64,000 bases of DNA from an uncultured Pseudosulfitobacter sp. (GCA_965656435.1 CBFHKQ010000004.1:8500-72499), one strand, 5' to 3'. Shown: positions 23,279 to 33,573, counted from the first letter of the stretch. Translations and numbers: made by a program. The notes: generated by a model from the letters alone, not told the origin.

Positions 23279-23635
23279 TGGAGCGGACATTTGGTCTGTG
23301 CCGCAGCTTCAGTAACTTAGGGCTCGAAGCAGCCATTCTCCACGGCTGCATCGTTTACTGCAAAGGGCTGGCTGCTCGGTCCCCTTTGCTGCATCTGATT
23401 ACGCAACATTGCCGAGCGGCCTAAGCCCAACAGTTCACAACCAAATGGGGTTTTCAGCTGTCACCGACGCGGAGGCACTGCGTTACTTACCTCATGGTAT
23501 CCGATGTCCACGGTACAAGCCGCGCACCACCATGCCGCACCGCACATGGTGGCTTGTGCGCACCGCGTGTGATCCAATCACAACCGTGCATTCCGATTGT
23601 TCAAACAGCGTGGCCCAACAATCGCTCGCGGGTGC

Positions 23636-25459
23636 CTAAGCCGCCTGCTCATCGGACTGTTGACGGTGCCAGAGCTGCGCATAGCGCCCTGCCCGTGCGA
23701 GCAGATCGTCATGCGTCCCCGTCTCAACCACCACGCCCTGTTCTAGGACTACAATCCGGTCGGCTTCGGCGATGGTAGACAGACGGTGCGCAATTGTAAG
23801 CACCGTCCGGCCGCGGCCCGCCGCCATCAGCGCCGATTTGATCTCTTGCTCTGTCTCACTGTCGAGGGCACTCGTCGCCTCGTCTAGCAACAGGATCGGC
23901 GGGTTCTTCAACAGGGTCCGCGCAATGCCAACACGCTGCTTTTCGCCGCCCGAAAGCTTTAGCCCACGTTCGCCCACCTGCGTGTCATAGCCCTCTGGCA
24001 GGCTTTGGATAAAGTCGTGGATTTGAGCCGCCTTGGCGGCCTCCATGATCTCGGCCTCGGTCGCATCTGCGCGGCCGTAGGCGATGTTATAGCGCACAGT
24101 ATCATTAAATAGGACCGTGTCCTGCGGCACCACACCGATGGCGGCATGTAGGCTTGTTTGGGTCACATCACGCACGTCTTGGCCATCGATGCGCAGCGCG
24201 CCCGCCGCCACATCATAGAAGCGGAACAACAACCGCCCGATTGTGGATTTCCCGGACCCGGTTGAGCCTACAATCGCCACCATTTGCCCCGGCTTGGCCG
24301 TGACCGACACGCCCTTTAGGATCTCGCGCGCCGGATCATAACCAAAACGCACATCATCCAGCGCCACCTCGCCGCCTGTGATCTGAAGCGGCTTTGCGTT
24401 CGGTTTGTCTTGCACCTCGGCGGGCTGCTCCAACAGATCGAACATCTCGCCCATATCCACCAAAGATTGGCGGATCTCGCGGTATACGGTCCCCAAAAAG
24501 TTCAGCGGCATCGTGATCTGGATCATATAGGCGTTCACCATCACGAAATCGCCCACGGTAAGCGTGCCATTCTGCACGCCAATCGCCGCCATGACCATTA
24601 CCAGCACCAGCCCGCCCGTAATCAGGATCGACTGGCCAAAGTTCAAAAAGGCAAGGGAATAGGAGGTCTTGAGCGCGGCCGCCTCATAGAATTGCATCGC
24701 CTTGTCATAGCGCTGCGCCTCGCGGTTCTCCGCGCCGAAATATTTCACCGTCTCATAGTTCAACAGGCTATCGATGGCCTTTTGGTTGGCATCGGTGTCC
24801 TGATCGTTCATCTCGCGGCGCAGCTTAACCCGCCATTCCGTGACCTTAAACGTGAACCACACATAAAGCGCGATGGTCCCTGCTACGACCCCCAGATAGC
24901 TGACATCGAAAAGTACCGTCAGGATCGCGCCGATCATCAACAGCTCCAGCACCAGCGGACCGATGGAGAAGAGCATGAATCGCAGCAGGAAATCGACGCC
25001 TTTGACGCCCCGCTCGATGATCCGGCTTAGGCCGCCGGTCTTGCGCGTGATGTGATAGCGCATCGATAGGCGGTGAATATGCTCAAAAGTTTCCAGCGCC
25101 AGCATCCGCAGGGCGCGCTGACCAACGCTTGCAAAGATCACATCGCGCAGCTGTTGAAAGCCAACGTTCATAAGGCGTGCAAACCCGTAGGCCACCGTTA
25201 GGCCAATCGCCCCAAGGGCCAGCGACGACACGCCTTCGTCCGAAAGCACATTGACCGCATCGCGGTAAAGAACGGGCGTATAGACCGACACAACCTTGGA
25301 GGCAAAAAGCGCCAGCATTGCCCAGACCACACGGCGCCGCACCCAAGGCTTATCATCGGGCCAGAGGTAGGGGATCACTTTGCGGATGGTGCGCAGGCCC
25401 GACTGGCGTTCGGCCGCCTCTATCGTTTCAGCATCGGGGGCGGAGCGGTCGGGCGGCAT
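23636..25459 (-). CDS. ATM1/HMT1-type ABC exporter (ATPase-permease fusion)
   Basis: DSLLNYETVKYF, PLNFLGTVYREI, GSTGSGKS, LSGGEKQR, DEATSALD. Confidence 0.93.
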   Translation of the reverse strand: MPPDRSAPDAETIEAAERQSGLRTIRKVIPYLWPDDKPWVRRRVVWAMLALFASKVVSVYTPVLYRDAVNVLSDEGVSSLALGAIGLTVAYGFARLMNVGFQQLRDVIFASVGQRALRMLALETFEHIHRLSMRYHITRKTGGLSRIIERGVKGVDFLLRFMLFSIGPLVLELLMIGAILTVLFDVSYLGVVAGTIALYVWFTFKVTEWRVKLRREMNDQDTDANQKAIDSLLNYETVKYFGAENREAQRYDKAMQFYEAAALKTSYSLAFLNFGQSILITGGLVLVMVMAAIGVQNGTLTVGDFVMVNAYMIQITMPLNFLGTVYREIRQSLVDMGEMFDLLEQPAEVQDKPNAKPLQITGGEVALDDVRFGYDPAREILKGVSVTAKPGQMVAIVGSTGSGKSTIGRLLFRFYDVAAGALRIDGQDVRDVTQTSLHAAIGVVPQDTVLFNDTVRYNIAYGRADATEAEIMEAAKAAQIHDFIQSLPEGYDTQVGERGLKLSGGEKQRVGIARTLLKNPPILLLDEATSALDSETEQEIKSALMAAGRGRTVLTIAHRLSTIAEADRIVVLEQGVVVETGTHDDLLARAGRYAQLWHRQQSDEQAA

Positions 25460-25560
25460 GCACTGTTCTTTCCGGGCGGTTCAAGTCGTCCTTTGACGAT
25501 ATAGACCGACCGCAGAGGCGTGGCCAGCCGTAAGGCTGTACCTGCACCTCTTGGACCCGA

Positions 25561-27003
25561 TCAATCCGGCAGACGGAACACCTGACCGGGGAAGATCAAA
25601 TCGGGATCGCGGATGGATTCGCGGTTGGCCTCAAATACGCGGACATAAAGGATGCCCTCGCCGTAGCGTTCGCGCGCAATCGCCCAGAGGGTCGCGCCCG
25701 TTTGCACTGTGATGGCACGCACAGGCTGGATGCGGCCGCTGTCTGCGGGCTCGGCATCGGTTTGGGCAAAGAGCGCGGGGTCTTCGCGTTTGAACGGCGT
25801 CTCCACCCGGCTGACCACCTCGCCTGCGCTGTTCACCTCGTCCACGCGCAGGGTGTAGATGCCAGTGTCGACGTTCGGCAGATCGCCGCGCCACCGACCG
25901 CGGGCGTCCACGACCAATTCGACCACGGGGGCGTTGTTGAGATAGACGCGCACCACGGCGGCCTCTGCGGTCGCACGGCCTGAGAGGAGGACATCGCCAG
26001 TGGCCGAATAGCTGATTGTATCGATGGCCACGCTGTCCATGACCTCGGGTGCTGGCGTGCCGATCAACTCGACGCCCTCTGCGTCGGATTTAAGGATCAC
26101 GGAGGAGGCTTGCGGGGCGGGCGCGGCCGCAACTTCTTTTTGGTCTGTCTCTGCTTTGTCCACCGTTTCAGATGCGGCGGTCGTCACAGTATCGGCTGTT
26201 GCTTCGGGGGTCTCGGTCTCCTCCGAAGGTACGCTTTCTTCTTCCGAAATCGCCGCCTCTTCCACGGGTGCGGATGTCTCTTCTTTGGTAGCTTCTGCAA
26301 CGGCCTCGGTCGCGTTTTCCGCAACGGCGTCAGTTGCAGCCTCAGCCACCTCCTCGGTCACAGCTTCTGCCACAACCGTCGGTGCTGGCTTGGCGGGGGC
26401 TGGCGCCAGAACAATTTGGTCGGCGCTCGGCACGTCACCCTGCGCGTCGCGCTGGATAACGGTCAGGACCTGCGGATCCGTGCTGGGTGTGATGATGGTC
26501 ACGGCTGCATAGGCGCCATCGTTGCCGGCCACCGTTTTTGTGTTTTCCATCCCATCAAGCAGGATCGCCACTGTGCTGTTGGGGGCGGCGCGTCCGGCCA
26601 CGACAAAGATATCATCAGCTTCGCTCACCACGTCCTCAATGGAGGGCGGCGTAGCGGCGGTGGTCTTTTCGACGGCTGCCTCAATCGCCGCGGCATCATC
26701 AGACGCGGTCTTCGCTGCCTCCGCCTCAGCGCTCTCAACGTTTTCCGGTTCCGTAGTGGTCTCAGGCGCAACCTCAGTCGGCGCGAGTGTTTCGCCAGCC
26801 ATCACGGCCTCAGACGCGGGCGCATCTGCCTCAGCGGCAGGCGCAACCGCGGGAGCGCTATCCTCAGCGGTTGCGACCTCCGAGACCTCGACTTCTGTGT
26901 CGAAAGTGCCAAAATAAGCCGCTGCCGCGAGGCCGCCTGCCACAACAACGACGCCCACGCGGGTGGCCCGCGCGCTGCCCGTTGTTCCCAAGAATGTGCT
27001 CAT
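25561..27003 (-). CDS. LysM peptidoglycan-binding protein with Ig-like domains and acidic linkers
   Basis: C-terminal LysM ([18 protein letters not shown]...[13 protein letters not shown]), N-terminal TM, Ala/Glu/Thr-rich low-complexity segments. Confidence 0.9.
   Translation of the reverse strand: MSTFLGTTGSARATRVGVVVVAGGLAAAAYFGTFDTEVEVSEVATAEDSAPAVAPAAEADAPASEAVMAGETLAPTEVAPETTTEPENVESAEAEAAKTASDDAAAIEAAVEKTTAATPPSIEDVVSEADDIFVVAGRAAPNSTVAILLDGMENTKTVAGNDGAYAAVTIITPSTDPQVLTVIQRDAQGDVPSADQIVLAPAPAKPAPTVVAEAVTEEVAEAATDAVAENATEAVAEATKEETSAPVEEAAISEEESVPSEETETPEATADTVTTAASETVDKAETDQKEVAAAPAPQASSVILKSDAEGVELIGTPAPEVMDSVAIDTISYSATGDVLLSGRATAEAAVVRVYLNNAPVVELVVDARGRWRGDLPNVDTGIYTLRVDEVNSAGEVVSRVETPFKREDPALFAQTDAEPADSGRIQPVRAITVQTGATLWAIARERYGEGILYVRVFEANRESIRDPDLIFPGQVFRLPD
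26290..26373 (-). repeat. Degenerate 24-nt (8-aa) tandem repeat within the LysM gene
   Basis: [28 protein letters not shown]. Confidence 0.7.
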
Positions 27004-27147
27004 ACGTCCCCCAACGTCAAAACCATCCAACGCCCCGGCTTTGTGCCGCTTGTGTTTGGATTGAGTTTACATATCAAGGGCCGTAACAAGGGTCAAAAGG
27101 CTTGCCTCACAAAATCAATATATTTCAGCGCTCTGAAAGGAAAAACG

Positions 27148-27696
27148 ATGCCTTATTCTGTCTGTGTCTTTTGCGGATCGCGGGCCGGCGACCGCCCCGC
27201 CTATGAAACGGATGCGACCGCTTTGGGGACGGGGCTGGCGCAGAACGGCTGGCGGTTGGTCTACGGCGCGGGCGATGTCGGGCTGATGGGTGCTGTGGCG
27301 CGCGCGGCACAACAGGCCGGCGGTGACACCTTTGGCGTGATCCCCCAGCATCTGGTGGATTGGGAAGTCGGCAAGCAGGATTTGACCCGCTATATCGTGA
27401 CTGAAACCATGCACGAGCGCAAAAAAGTAATGTTCATGAACTGCGACGCAGTGGCGGTTTTGCCCGGCGGCGCAGGTTCGCTGGATGAGGTGTTCGAGGT
27501 CCTGACATGGCGCCAGCTGGGCCTTCATCAAAAGCCCGTTATCCTCGTTAATACAGAAGGTTACTGGGATCCTTTGATGGGCTTGATGCAGCATGTCGTG
27601 GATCACGGTTTCGCCGATGCGAGCCTGCTGGATTACGTGACCTTGGTTCCGGATGCGGCGGCCGCTTTGGCCGCTTTGCGCGCCGCACGGTCCTGA
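27148..27696 (+). CDS. LOG family phosphoribohydrolase (TIGR00730)
   Basis: VCVFCGSR, LVYGAGDVGLMG, MHERKK, LPGGAGSLDE. Confidence 0.93.
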   Translation: MPYSVCVFCGSRAGDRPAYETDATALGTGLAQNGWRLVYGAGDVGLMGAVARAAQQAGGDTFGVIPQHLVDWEVGKQDLTRYIVTETMHERKKVMFMNCDAVAVLPGGAGSLDEVFEVLTWRQLGLHQKPVILVNTEGYWDPLMGLMQHVVDHGFADASLLDYVTLVPDAAAALAALRAARS

Positions 27697-28556
27697 TCAA
27701 AGGTGCTGGCAGAATAAAGCGCGAGCGCCACCCAAATCAGCCCAAAGGCCATGCCGTGCCAGCGGGTAAAGGGCTCTGCAAAAACCAAAACAGCGCAGGC
27801 AAATTGCAGGCTTGGGTTGAGGTATTGCACCAACCCCACGGTCGCCATACGCACGCGGCGCGCCGCCATGCTGAACAAGATCAGGGGCACAGCCGTCACC
27901 GGCCCCGACAAGATCAACAGCATCATCGTGCCTGCATCTTGGCCCGCTAGCGCGCTGCCGCTGTGCCATGATTGCAACAAAATGACCGCCGCCACCGGGC
28001 TAAAAAGCGCGACCTCGGCTGTGACGGAAACCACAGGATCCAGAGCCACCTGTTTTTTAATCATGCCGTACAATCCGAAGGTGCCCGCGAGGATGAGCGC
28101 AATCCACGGCGGCGTGCCCAATCCCAGCGTCAGAACACAAACGCCGACGGCCGCCAGCACCACTGCCACCCACTGGGCCCGCGACAGCGCCTCACCGAAC
28201 ACCACCCGCCCGAGCAGCACGGCCACCAGCGGGAAAATGTAATAGCCCAGCGCGCTCTCGGTCGTGCGATCTTGGCCCACAGCCCAGATGAACAAAAACC
28301 AATTCGTGGCGATCATCAGCGCGGCAATGGCCAAGACCCCCAACCCGCGCAGATCGGCAAGCACCGCCCGTAACGCACCCAACCGGCGCTGCGCCCCAAG
28401 CAGCATCGCAAAAAAGACCAAGGACCACAGCGTGCGATGCGCCAGCACTTCAAGCGCCGGCACATGGGCCACGAATTTATAGAATAGCGGCGACAGCCCC
28501 CAGATTGTACAAGCACCCACAATCGCCAAAACGCCGGTTGTTTGAGGCGTAATCAT
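27633..28556 (-). CDS. rarD: EamA/DMT transporter RarD
   Basis: IWGLSPLFY, LAHRTLWS, LGYYIFPLV, GLVQYLNP; start uncertain. Confidence 0.9.
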   Translation of the reverse strand: MITPQTTGVLAIVGACTIWGLSPLFYKFVAHVPALEVLAHRTLWSLVFFAMLLGAQRRLGALRAVLADLRGLGVLAIAALMIATNWFLFIWAVGQDRTTESALGYYIFPLVAVLLGRVVFGEALSRAQWVAVVLAAVGVCVLTLGLGTPPWIALILAGTFGLYGMIKKQVALDPVVSVTAEVALFSPVAAVILLQSWHSGSALAGQDAGTMMLLILSGPVTAVPLILFSMAARRVRMATVGLVQYLNPSLQFACAVLVFAEPFTRWHGMAFGLIWVALALYSASTFDQDRAARKAAKAAAASGTKVT

Positions 28557-28627
28557 AGGTGACGCAAGCACATAAAGCAGCTCTTTCAGCAAGGACTTGG
28601 CACTGCCATAGCGCGCCTATTGCCAAA

Positions 28628-28656
28628 CAAAAACCCCCGGCAGGACGCCGGGGGTT
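28628..28656 (-). terminator. Terminator after sodB
   Basis: AACCCCCGGC-AGGAC-GCCGGGGGTT with an A-run on its left (U tract on the minus strand). Confidence 0.75.
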
Positions 28657-28699
28657 CTGAAACACGATGGCCAAAGCGACCAATCACAGGTCGTTCGGA

Positions 28700-29299
28700 T
28701 TACATCCGGCCCGCAACGTTTTCCCAGTTCACCAGGTTGTCGAGGAAGTTCGTCAGGTAGTCCGGACGCTTATTGCGGAAATCGATGTAGTAGGAATGCT
28801 CCCACACATCACAGCCCAAGAGCGCCGTTTGACCAAAGCACAGGGGGTTCACGCCGTTCTCGGTCTTTGTGACCTTCAGCGCGCCGTCGGTGTCTTTGAC
28901 CAACCATGCCCAGCCGGAGCCGAACTGGCCCGCGCCTGCCGCTTTGAACGCGTCTTTGAACGCATCGACGGAGCCAAAGCTCTCTACCAGAGCTTTTTCC
29001 AGTTCGGACGGCATCGCCGAGACACCGGGGCTCATCATTTCCCAAAACTGGTTGTGGTTCCACAGTTGGCTGATGTTGTTGAAGATGCCGTTTTGGGCCA
29101 CAGCTTTGGCGTCATAGGTGCCTTTGATGATCTCTTCCATGGACTTATCGGCCCATTCGGTGCCCTCAATCGCCTTGTTGCCGTTGGTGACATAGGCGTT
29201 GTGGTGCAGATCGTGGTGGAATTCCAAGGTCTCTGCGGACATGCCATGTGCGGCCAGCGCATCGTGCGCATAAGGAAGATCAGGAAGTGTAAAAGCCAT
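28700..29299 (-). CDS. sodB: Superoxide dismutase, Fe type
   Basis: HHDLHHNAY, FNNISQLWNH (Fe-type Gln), QFGSGWAWL, DVWEHSYY. Confidence 0.95.
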   Translation of the reverse strand: MAFTLPDLPYAHDALAAHGMSAETLEFHHDLHHNAYVTNGNKAIEGTEWADKSMEEIIKGTYDAKAVAQNGIFNNISQLWNHNQFWEMMSPGVSAMPSELEKALVESFGSVDAFKDAFKAAGAGQFGSGWAWLVKDTDGALKVTKTENGVNPLCFGQTALLGCDVWEHSYYIDFRNKRPDYLTNFLDNLVNWENVAGRM

Positions 29300-29510
29300 G
29301 ATGGGCCCCCATGTTAAAGTGATACCTGTGAGTGACAGATTGCACGCAGCGCGACAAGGTCAACCCCTAGGCGTCCGATTAGGCAAGATGGGCGTACCGA
29401 AACTGTGAAACGGTGCAGTTTGCGGCGGAGATGCTGGCGCGGGTTGCGCGCGGCCTGCACTAAGATCCGATCGGGATCTCCGCGCAGGCCAATTTAAAAT
29501 TACATCAGGA

Positions 29511-30086
29511 TCAAGCGGTAAAATAGCCTACTTCACTGCCCTCTGCCGCGGCCACTTTCAGAAGATCAAAGGCATATTGCGCAGTGCTGCGGAAGGTGAT
29601 GATGTGAAACGTCTCCGCATCGGCCATCCAAAATGCGGCCGCGATCTGTGACATGCGGGTACGGCGGAACATGCCGGGCTCAAACGCGCCAGGAGCCAGG
29701 TTCACGGGCACCAGCTTGGCCAAAACCTCACGGGCGTGGGGACCCGACAGCGCAAACACCGCGCGCGCGTCCGACACGTTGACGGCCAAAGCGTGCGATC
29801 CGGCCAACGCCTCTTGCAACTGGGCCAATCGCGCCGGAGCCTCAGAATGCGGGCATAGGATCAAGACCTCATCCGGGCTCATCCAGCACAGGCCTGAAAG
29901 CCCATCCGTATTGGCGCGGTTCTGCTCTGGGAACGGCACGCCCGCGGCGGCCTCTGCCGCTTTGATCAGCTGCGCGTCGCTGAGGTCGCCGCGCAGGGTG
30001 ATCATACCACGCAGGCCCACCTCAGTGATCTGCGCGATCCCCTCTTCATGAGAAACGGCGTTCAACGCACTCATCGCATTAGACAT
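29511..30086 (-). CDS. soxG: Sarcosine oxidase gamma subunit
   Basis: GMITLRG, WMSPDE, NVSDAR, FRSTAQY; last gene of the soxBDAG operon. Confidence 0.93.
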   Translation of the reverse strand: MSNAMSALNAVSHEEGIAQITEVGLRGMITLRGDLSDAQLIKAAEAAAGVPFPEQNRANTDGLSGLCWMSPDEVLILCPHSEAPARLAQLQEALAGSHALAVNVSDARAVFALSGPHAREVLAKLVPVNLAPGAFEPGMFRRTRMSQIAAAFWMADAETFHIITFRSTAQYAFDLLKVAAAEGSEVGYFTA

Positions 30087-33000
30087 TTTGCTTGGCTCCC
30101 TCAGGGTCATAGAACACAGGGTTCACGATTTTGGCGCGGTATTCTTTGCCGTCTGTTCCGGGGAAGGTGAGCGTTTCACCCATCCGGTCCGGCCCGTGCA
30201 GCACCAGCCCCATGGCAATGCCGCGGCCCAGGTTCGGCGAATGATAGGTCGAGGTGACCCGGCCGATGGTCACACGCTGGCCGTTGGCATTGACGCCCTC
30301 ACCCACCGCATAGGCCCCATCGGGCAGCGTCGATCCGTCCACCGTCTCCAGCCCAACCAGTTTCCAGCGGCTCGGGTCAGCCATGTGGGTCCGCATCTGA
30401 CCACGCTTGCCCAAATAGTCTTCTTTCTTTTTGGACAGCGCCCAGTTGAGGCCCAAGTCCTGCGGAATGATCGTGCCGTCTGTCTCATCGCCGATCATAA
30501 TAAAGCCTTTTTCGGCCCGCAGGATGTGCAACGCCTCTGTGCCGTAGGGCATCACACCAAACGCCGCACCGGCGGTCATCAGCGCATCCCAAAACGCTTG
30601 GCCCTGCGCAGCCGGCACAGCGATTTCATAGCTCAACTCGCCCGAGAAGGAGATGCGATAGGCGCGGACGTCAAAGCCACCCAACGTGCCATCTGCCCAC
30701 TCCATAAAGCCCAAAGCGTCCGCACTGACATCCATGCCACCGAGCTTTTCCAGCACTTCACGAGCCTTGGGACCCACCACGGCGACTTGGGTATATTGCT
30801 CCGTGACGTTGGCGACGTAGACTTTCCAGTCCCACCATTCCGTTTGCAGCCACTCTTCCATGTGGCCGTGGATGCGGTCCGCCCCGCCGGTGGTGGTGTG
30901 GCAGAGCCAGGTGTCCTCATCAATGCGCGCCACAACGCCGTCATCAATGAGGAAACCGTTTTCATCGCACATCAACCCATAGCGGCATTTGCCGGGCTTC
31001 AGCGTCGACATCATGTTGGTGTACATCATGTCGAGGAATTTGCCCGCGTCTGGCCCCTTGACGATCAGCTTGCCCAGCGTGCTGGCATCCAACAGGCCAA
31101 GATTTTCGCGGGTGTTCTTGGTCTCCCGCATCACGGCGTCATGGGTGCTTTCGCCCGCGCGCAGATAGGCATAGGGGCGGCGCCACTGGCCGACCGGTTC
31201 CCACTCTGCTCCGTTGGCGTCGTGCCAGTCGTGCAGCGCCGTGCGGCGAATGGGTTGGAACACCGCGTCGCGCGCTTCGCCGCCGATGCTGCCCATTGAG
31301 ATAGGCGTATAAGGCGGACGGAACGTCGTGGTACCTGTCTGCGGGATGGGTTGATCCAACGCATCAGAAAGGATCGCCAAGCCATTGATGTTGCTCAACT
31401 TGCCCTGATCTGTCGCCATGCCCAACGTGGTGTAACGCTTGGCGTGTTCGACGGATTGAAAGCCCTCTTGCGCAGCCAATTGCACATCCGAGACTTTGAC
31501 ATCGTTTTGATAGTCAAGCCACGCCTTGCTGCGCAATTTATGCCCGGCACCCTGCGGCATCATCCAAACGGCAGCCATCGGAGCCTCTGTGGCTATGCTG
31601 GCCTGCGGGGCGTCCGTGTTTTCGTCTGCGGTAAAGCCGCTAGCCGTGCCAGCCGCCGTGCCCACAGCATGTGCATCGCGCAGCACCGCATCTAGCATCA
31701 TCTCGCCGTTCGCGCTGCCTGCTACATGGACAAAGGCCGTGCCGTCTGCGCCGATTGGCGGGCGCGCGGCGTCCGGGCGGAAATGCGACTGCGCAGTGTC
31801 CCAAGTCAGCTTGCCGCCGCAATGCGACCACAGATGCACCACCGGGGACCAACCGCCCGACATGGCCACCACGTCGCAAGCAATGTCTTCCACGGGCGCG
31901 CCTTCGCCGGCTTGAGCACAGATCGTCACGCCTGTGACACGCTTGCCGCCCTGCACCATGCGAATGCCGTGGCCAGCGAGAACGCGGATGCCCAGCGCGC
32001 GGGCCTCGGCGACCAAGGCGCTGTCCGCGACATCGGCACGTGCATCAACGATGGCAGGCACACTTAGCCCGGCCGAGGCGATCGCAATCGCCGTCCGGTA
32101 GGCATCGTCATTATTGGTCACCACGACGGTGCGGTCGCCGACCGACACGCCGTAGTTGACCAGATAATCGCGCACCGCACTGGCCAGCATAACCCCCGGC
32201 ACATCATTGCCGCCAAAGCTAAGTGGACGCTCAATCGCGCCAGTGGCTGTAATGGTTTGCGCCGCGCGGATGCGCCAGAGGCGGTGACGCGGACCGGGCG
32301 CTTCTGGGTCGTGGTCGCGCAAGCGCTCATAGCCCAGGATATAGCCGTGATCGTAGACCCCTGCCCCCATCATACGCGTGCGCAACGTCACGTTCGGCAT
32401 CGCTTCCAGACGCGCCGTGATTTCGTCCACATAGGCCGCAGGCGACATGCCGTCGATTTCACCGCCATCGACCGGCGCACGACCGCCAAAATGAGCGGTT
32501 TGCTCGATCACCATGACCTGCGCGCCGCTGGCTGCCGCGGCCGCTGCGGCCTGAAGCCCTGCGACACCGCCGCCGATGACCAAGACATCGCAGAAAGCGT
32601 AGAAATGCTCATAGGTGTCCGCATCGCGATCCTTGGGCGCCGCCCCAAGACCCGCTGCTTTGCGGATAAACGGCTCATAGACGTGCTTCCAAAGAGGGCG
32701 CGGGTGAATGAACATCTTGTAATAGAAACCGGCAGGCATGAATTTGGCGAGCTTCGCGTTCACCGCGCCCACGTCAAATTCAAGGCTTGGCCAATGGTTC
32801 TGGCTCTTGGCCGTCAGACCATCAAAAAGCTCGGTGGTGGTGACGCGTTGGTTCGGCTCAAACTTGCCGTCTTGCCCCAAGTTCACCAGCCCGTTGGGCT
32901 CCTCTGCGCCGCTGGCCACGAGGCCGCGCGGACGGTGATATTTAAACGAACGTCCCAGCAGCATCTGGTCGTTCGCCAGCAAAGCAGAAGCCAGCGTATC

Positions 33001-33096
33001 CCCGGCGTAGCCCTTGAACTGCGTGCCGTTAAAGTAGAACGCCATCGGCTGCGACGTGTCTATCAGGCGGCCGCCTGTGGCCAATCTCGTGCTCAT
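30079..33096 (-). CDS. soxA: Sarcosine oxidase alpha subunit
   Basis: GDTLASALLAN, RSFKYHRPRG, GGGVAG, KRYTTLGMATDQGK, GcvT-like C-terminus. Confidence 0.96.
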   Translation of the reverse strand: MSTRLATGGRLIDTSQPMAFYFNGTQFKGYAGDTLASALLANDQMLLGRSFKYHRPRGLVASGAEEPNGLVNLGQDGKFEPNQRVTTTELFDGLTAKSQNHWPSLEFDVGAVNAKLAKFMPAGFYYKMFIHPRPLWKHVYEPFIRKAAGLGAAPKDRDADTYEHFYAFCDVLVIGGGVAGLQAAAAAAASGAQVMVIEQTAHFGGRAPVDGGEIDGMSPAAYVDEITARLEAMPNVTLRTRMMGAGVYDHGYILGYERLRDHDPEAPGPRHRLWRIRAAQTITATGAIERPLSFGGNDVPGVMLASAVRDYLVNYGVSVGDRTVVVTNNDDAYRTAIAIASAGLSVPAIVDARADVADSALVAEARALGIRVLAGHGIRMVQGGKRVTGVTICAQAGEGAPVEDIACDVVAMSGGWSPVVHLWSHCGGKLTWDTAQSHFRPDAARPPIGADGTAFVHVAGSANGEMMLDAVLRDAHAVGTAAGTASGFTADENTDAPQASIATEAPMAAVWMMPQGAGHKLRSKAWLDYQNDVKVSDVQLAAQEGFQSVEHAKRYTTLGMATDQGKLSNINGLAILSDALDQPIPQTGTTTFRPPYTPISMGSIGGEARDAVFQPIRRTALHDWHDANGAEWEPVGQWRRPYAYLRAGESTHDAVMRETKNTRENLGLLDASTLGKLIVKGPDAGKFLDMMYTNMMSTLKPGKCRYGLMCDENGFLIDDGVVARIDEDTWLCHTTTGGADRIHGHMEEWLQTEWWDWKVYVANVTEQYTQVAVVGPKAREVLEKLGGMDVSADALGFMEWADGTLGGFDVRAYRISFSGELSYEIAVPAAQGQAFWDALMTAGAAFGVMPYGTEALHILRAEKGFIMIGDETDGTIIPQDLGLNWALSKKKEDYLGKRGQMRTHMADPSRWKLVGLETVDGSTLPDGAYAVGEGVNANGQRVTIGRVTSTYHSPNLGRGIAMGLVLHGPDRMGETLTFPGTDGKEYRAKIVNPVFYDPEGAKQNV

Positions 33097-33172
33097 AATT
33101 GGGATCCTTGTGCGTAGGACGACAGAGGGGCTGCGACCGCGTGCGGGCAAGATTTAAAGGGGGCAGTGCAGC

Positions 33173-33502
33173 TCATGCGGCACCTCCGCCGGTCCAATCG
33201 GGGCGCTTGGCGCGGATCACGTCCAAAAGCGCTTGGGGCGGCGCGTATGTCTGCGCGCTGTAGGTGCCAAAGACCTCAAGCGTTACTGTGCAGCGGGCGG
33301 CGTGGAACCATTTTCCGCAGCCGTTGTTGTGGCGCCAGCGCTCAAAATGCACGCCTTTGGGGTTGTCGCGCATGAACAGGTATGCCTCAAAGTCCTGATC
33401 GCTCGACCCCGGACCAAAACGTTTCAGATGCGCCTCGCCACCGGCGTGAAATTCGGTTTCCTCGGCGGTGATACCGCAGCAGGGACAAGTCAGGACCAGC
33501 AT
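33173..33502 (-). CDS. soxD: Sarcosine oxidase delta subunit
   Basis: CPCCG, YLFMRDNPKG, ERWRHNNGC (Zn ligands). Confidence 0.95.
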   Translation of the reverse strand: MLVLTCPCCGITAEETEFHAGGEAHLKRFGPGSSDQDFEAYLFMRDNPKGVHFERWRHNNGCGKWFHAARCTVTLEVFGTYSAQTYAPPQALLDVIRAKRPDWTGGGAA

Positions 33503-33573
33503 GGGCGTGCTCCGTTAGAAAGTTTGAAATCAGCGGCGCGGGCCCTTATCTGAGAGGCAAAGGAGCGCGCGCT

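Noticed and set aside
26110-27147. N-terminal 346 aa of the 528-aa ORF, suggesting a LOG fusion protein
   Set aside because: It is mostly the antisense of the LysM gene; the LOG domain has its own AAGGA RBS and ATG at 27148.
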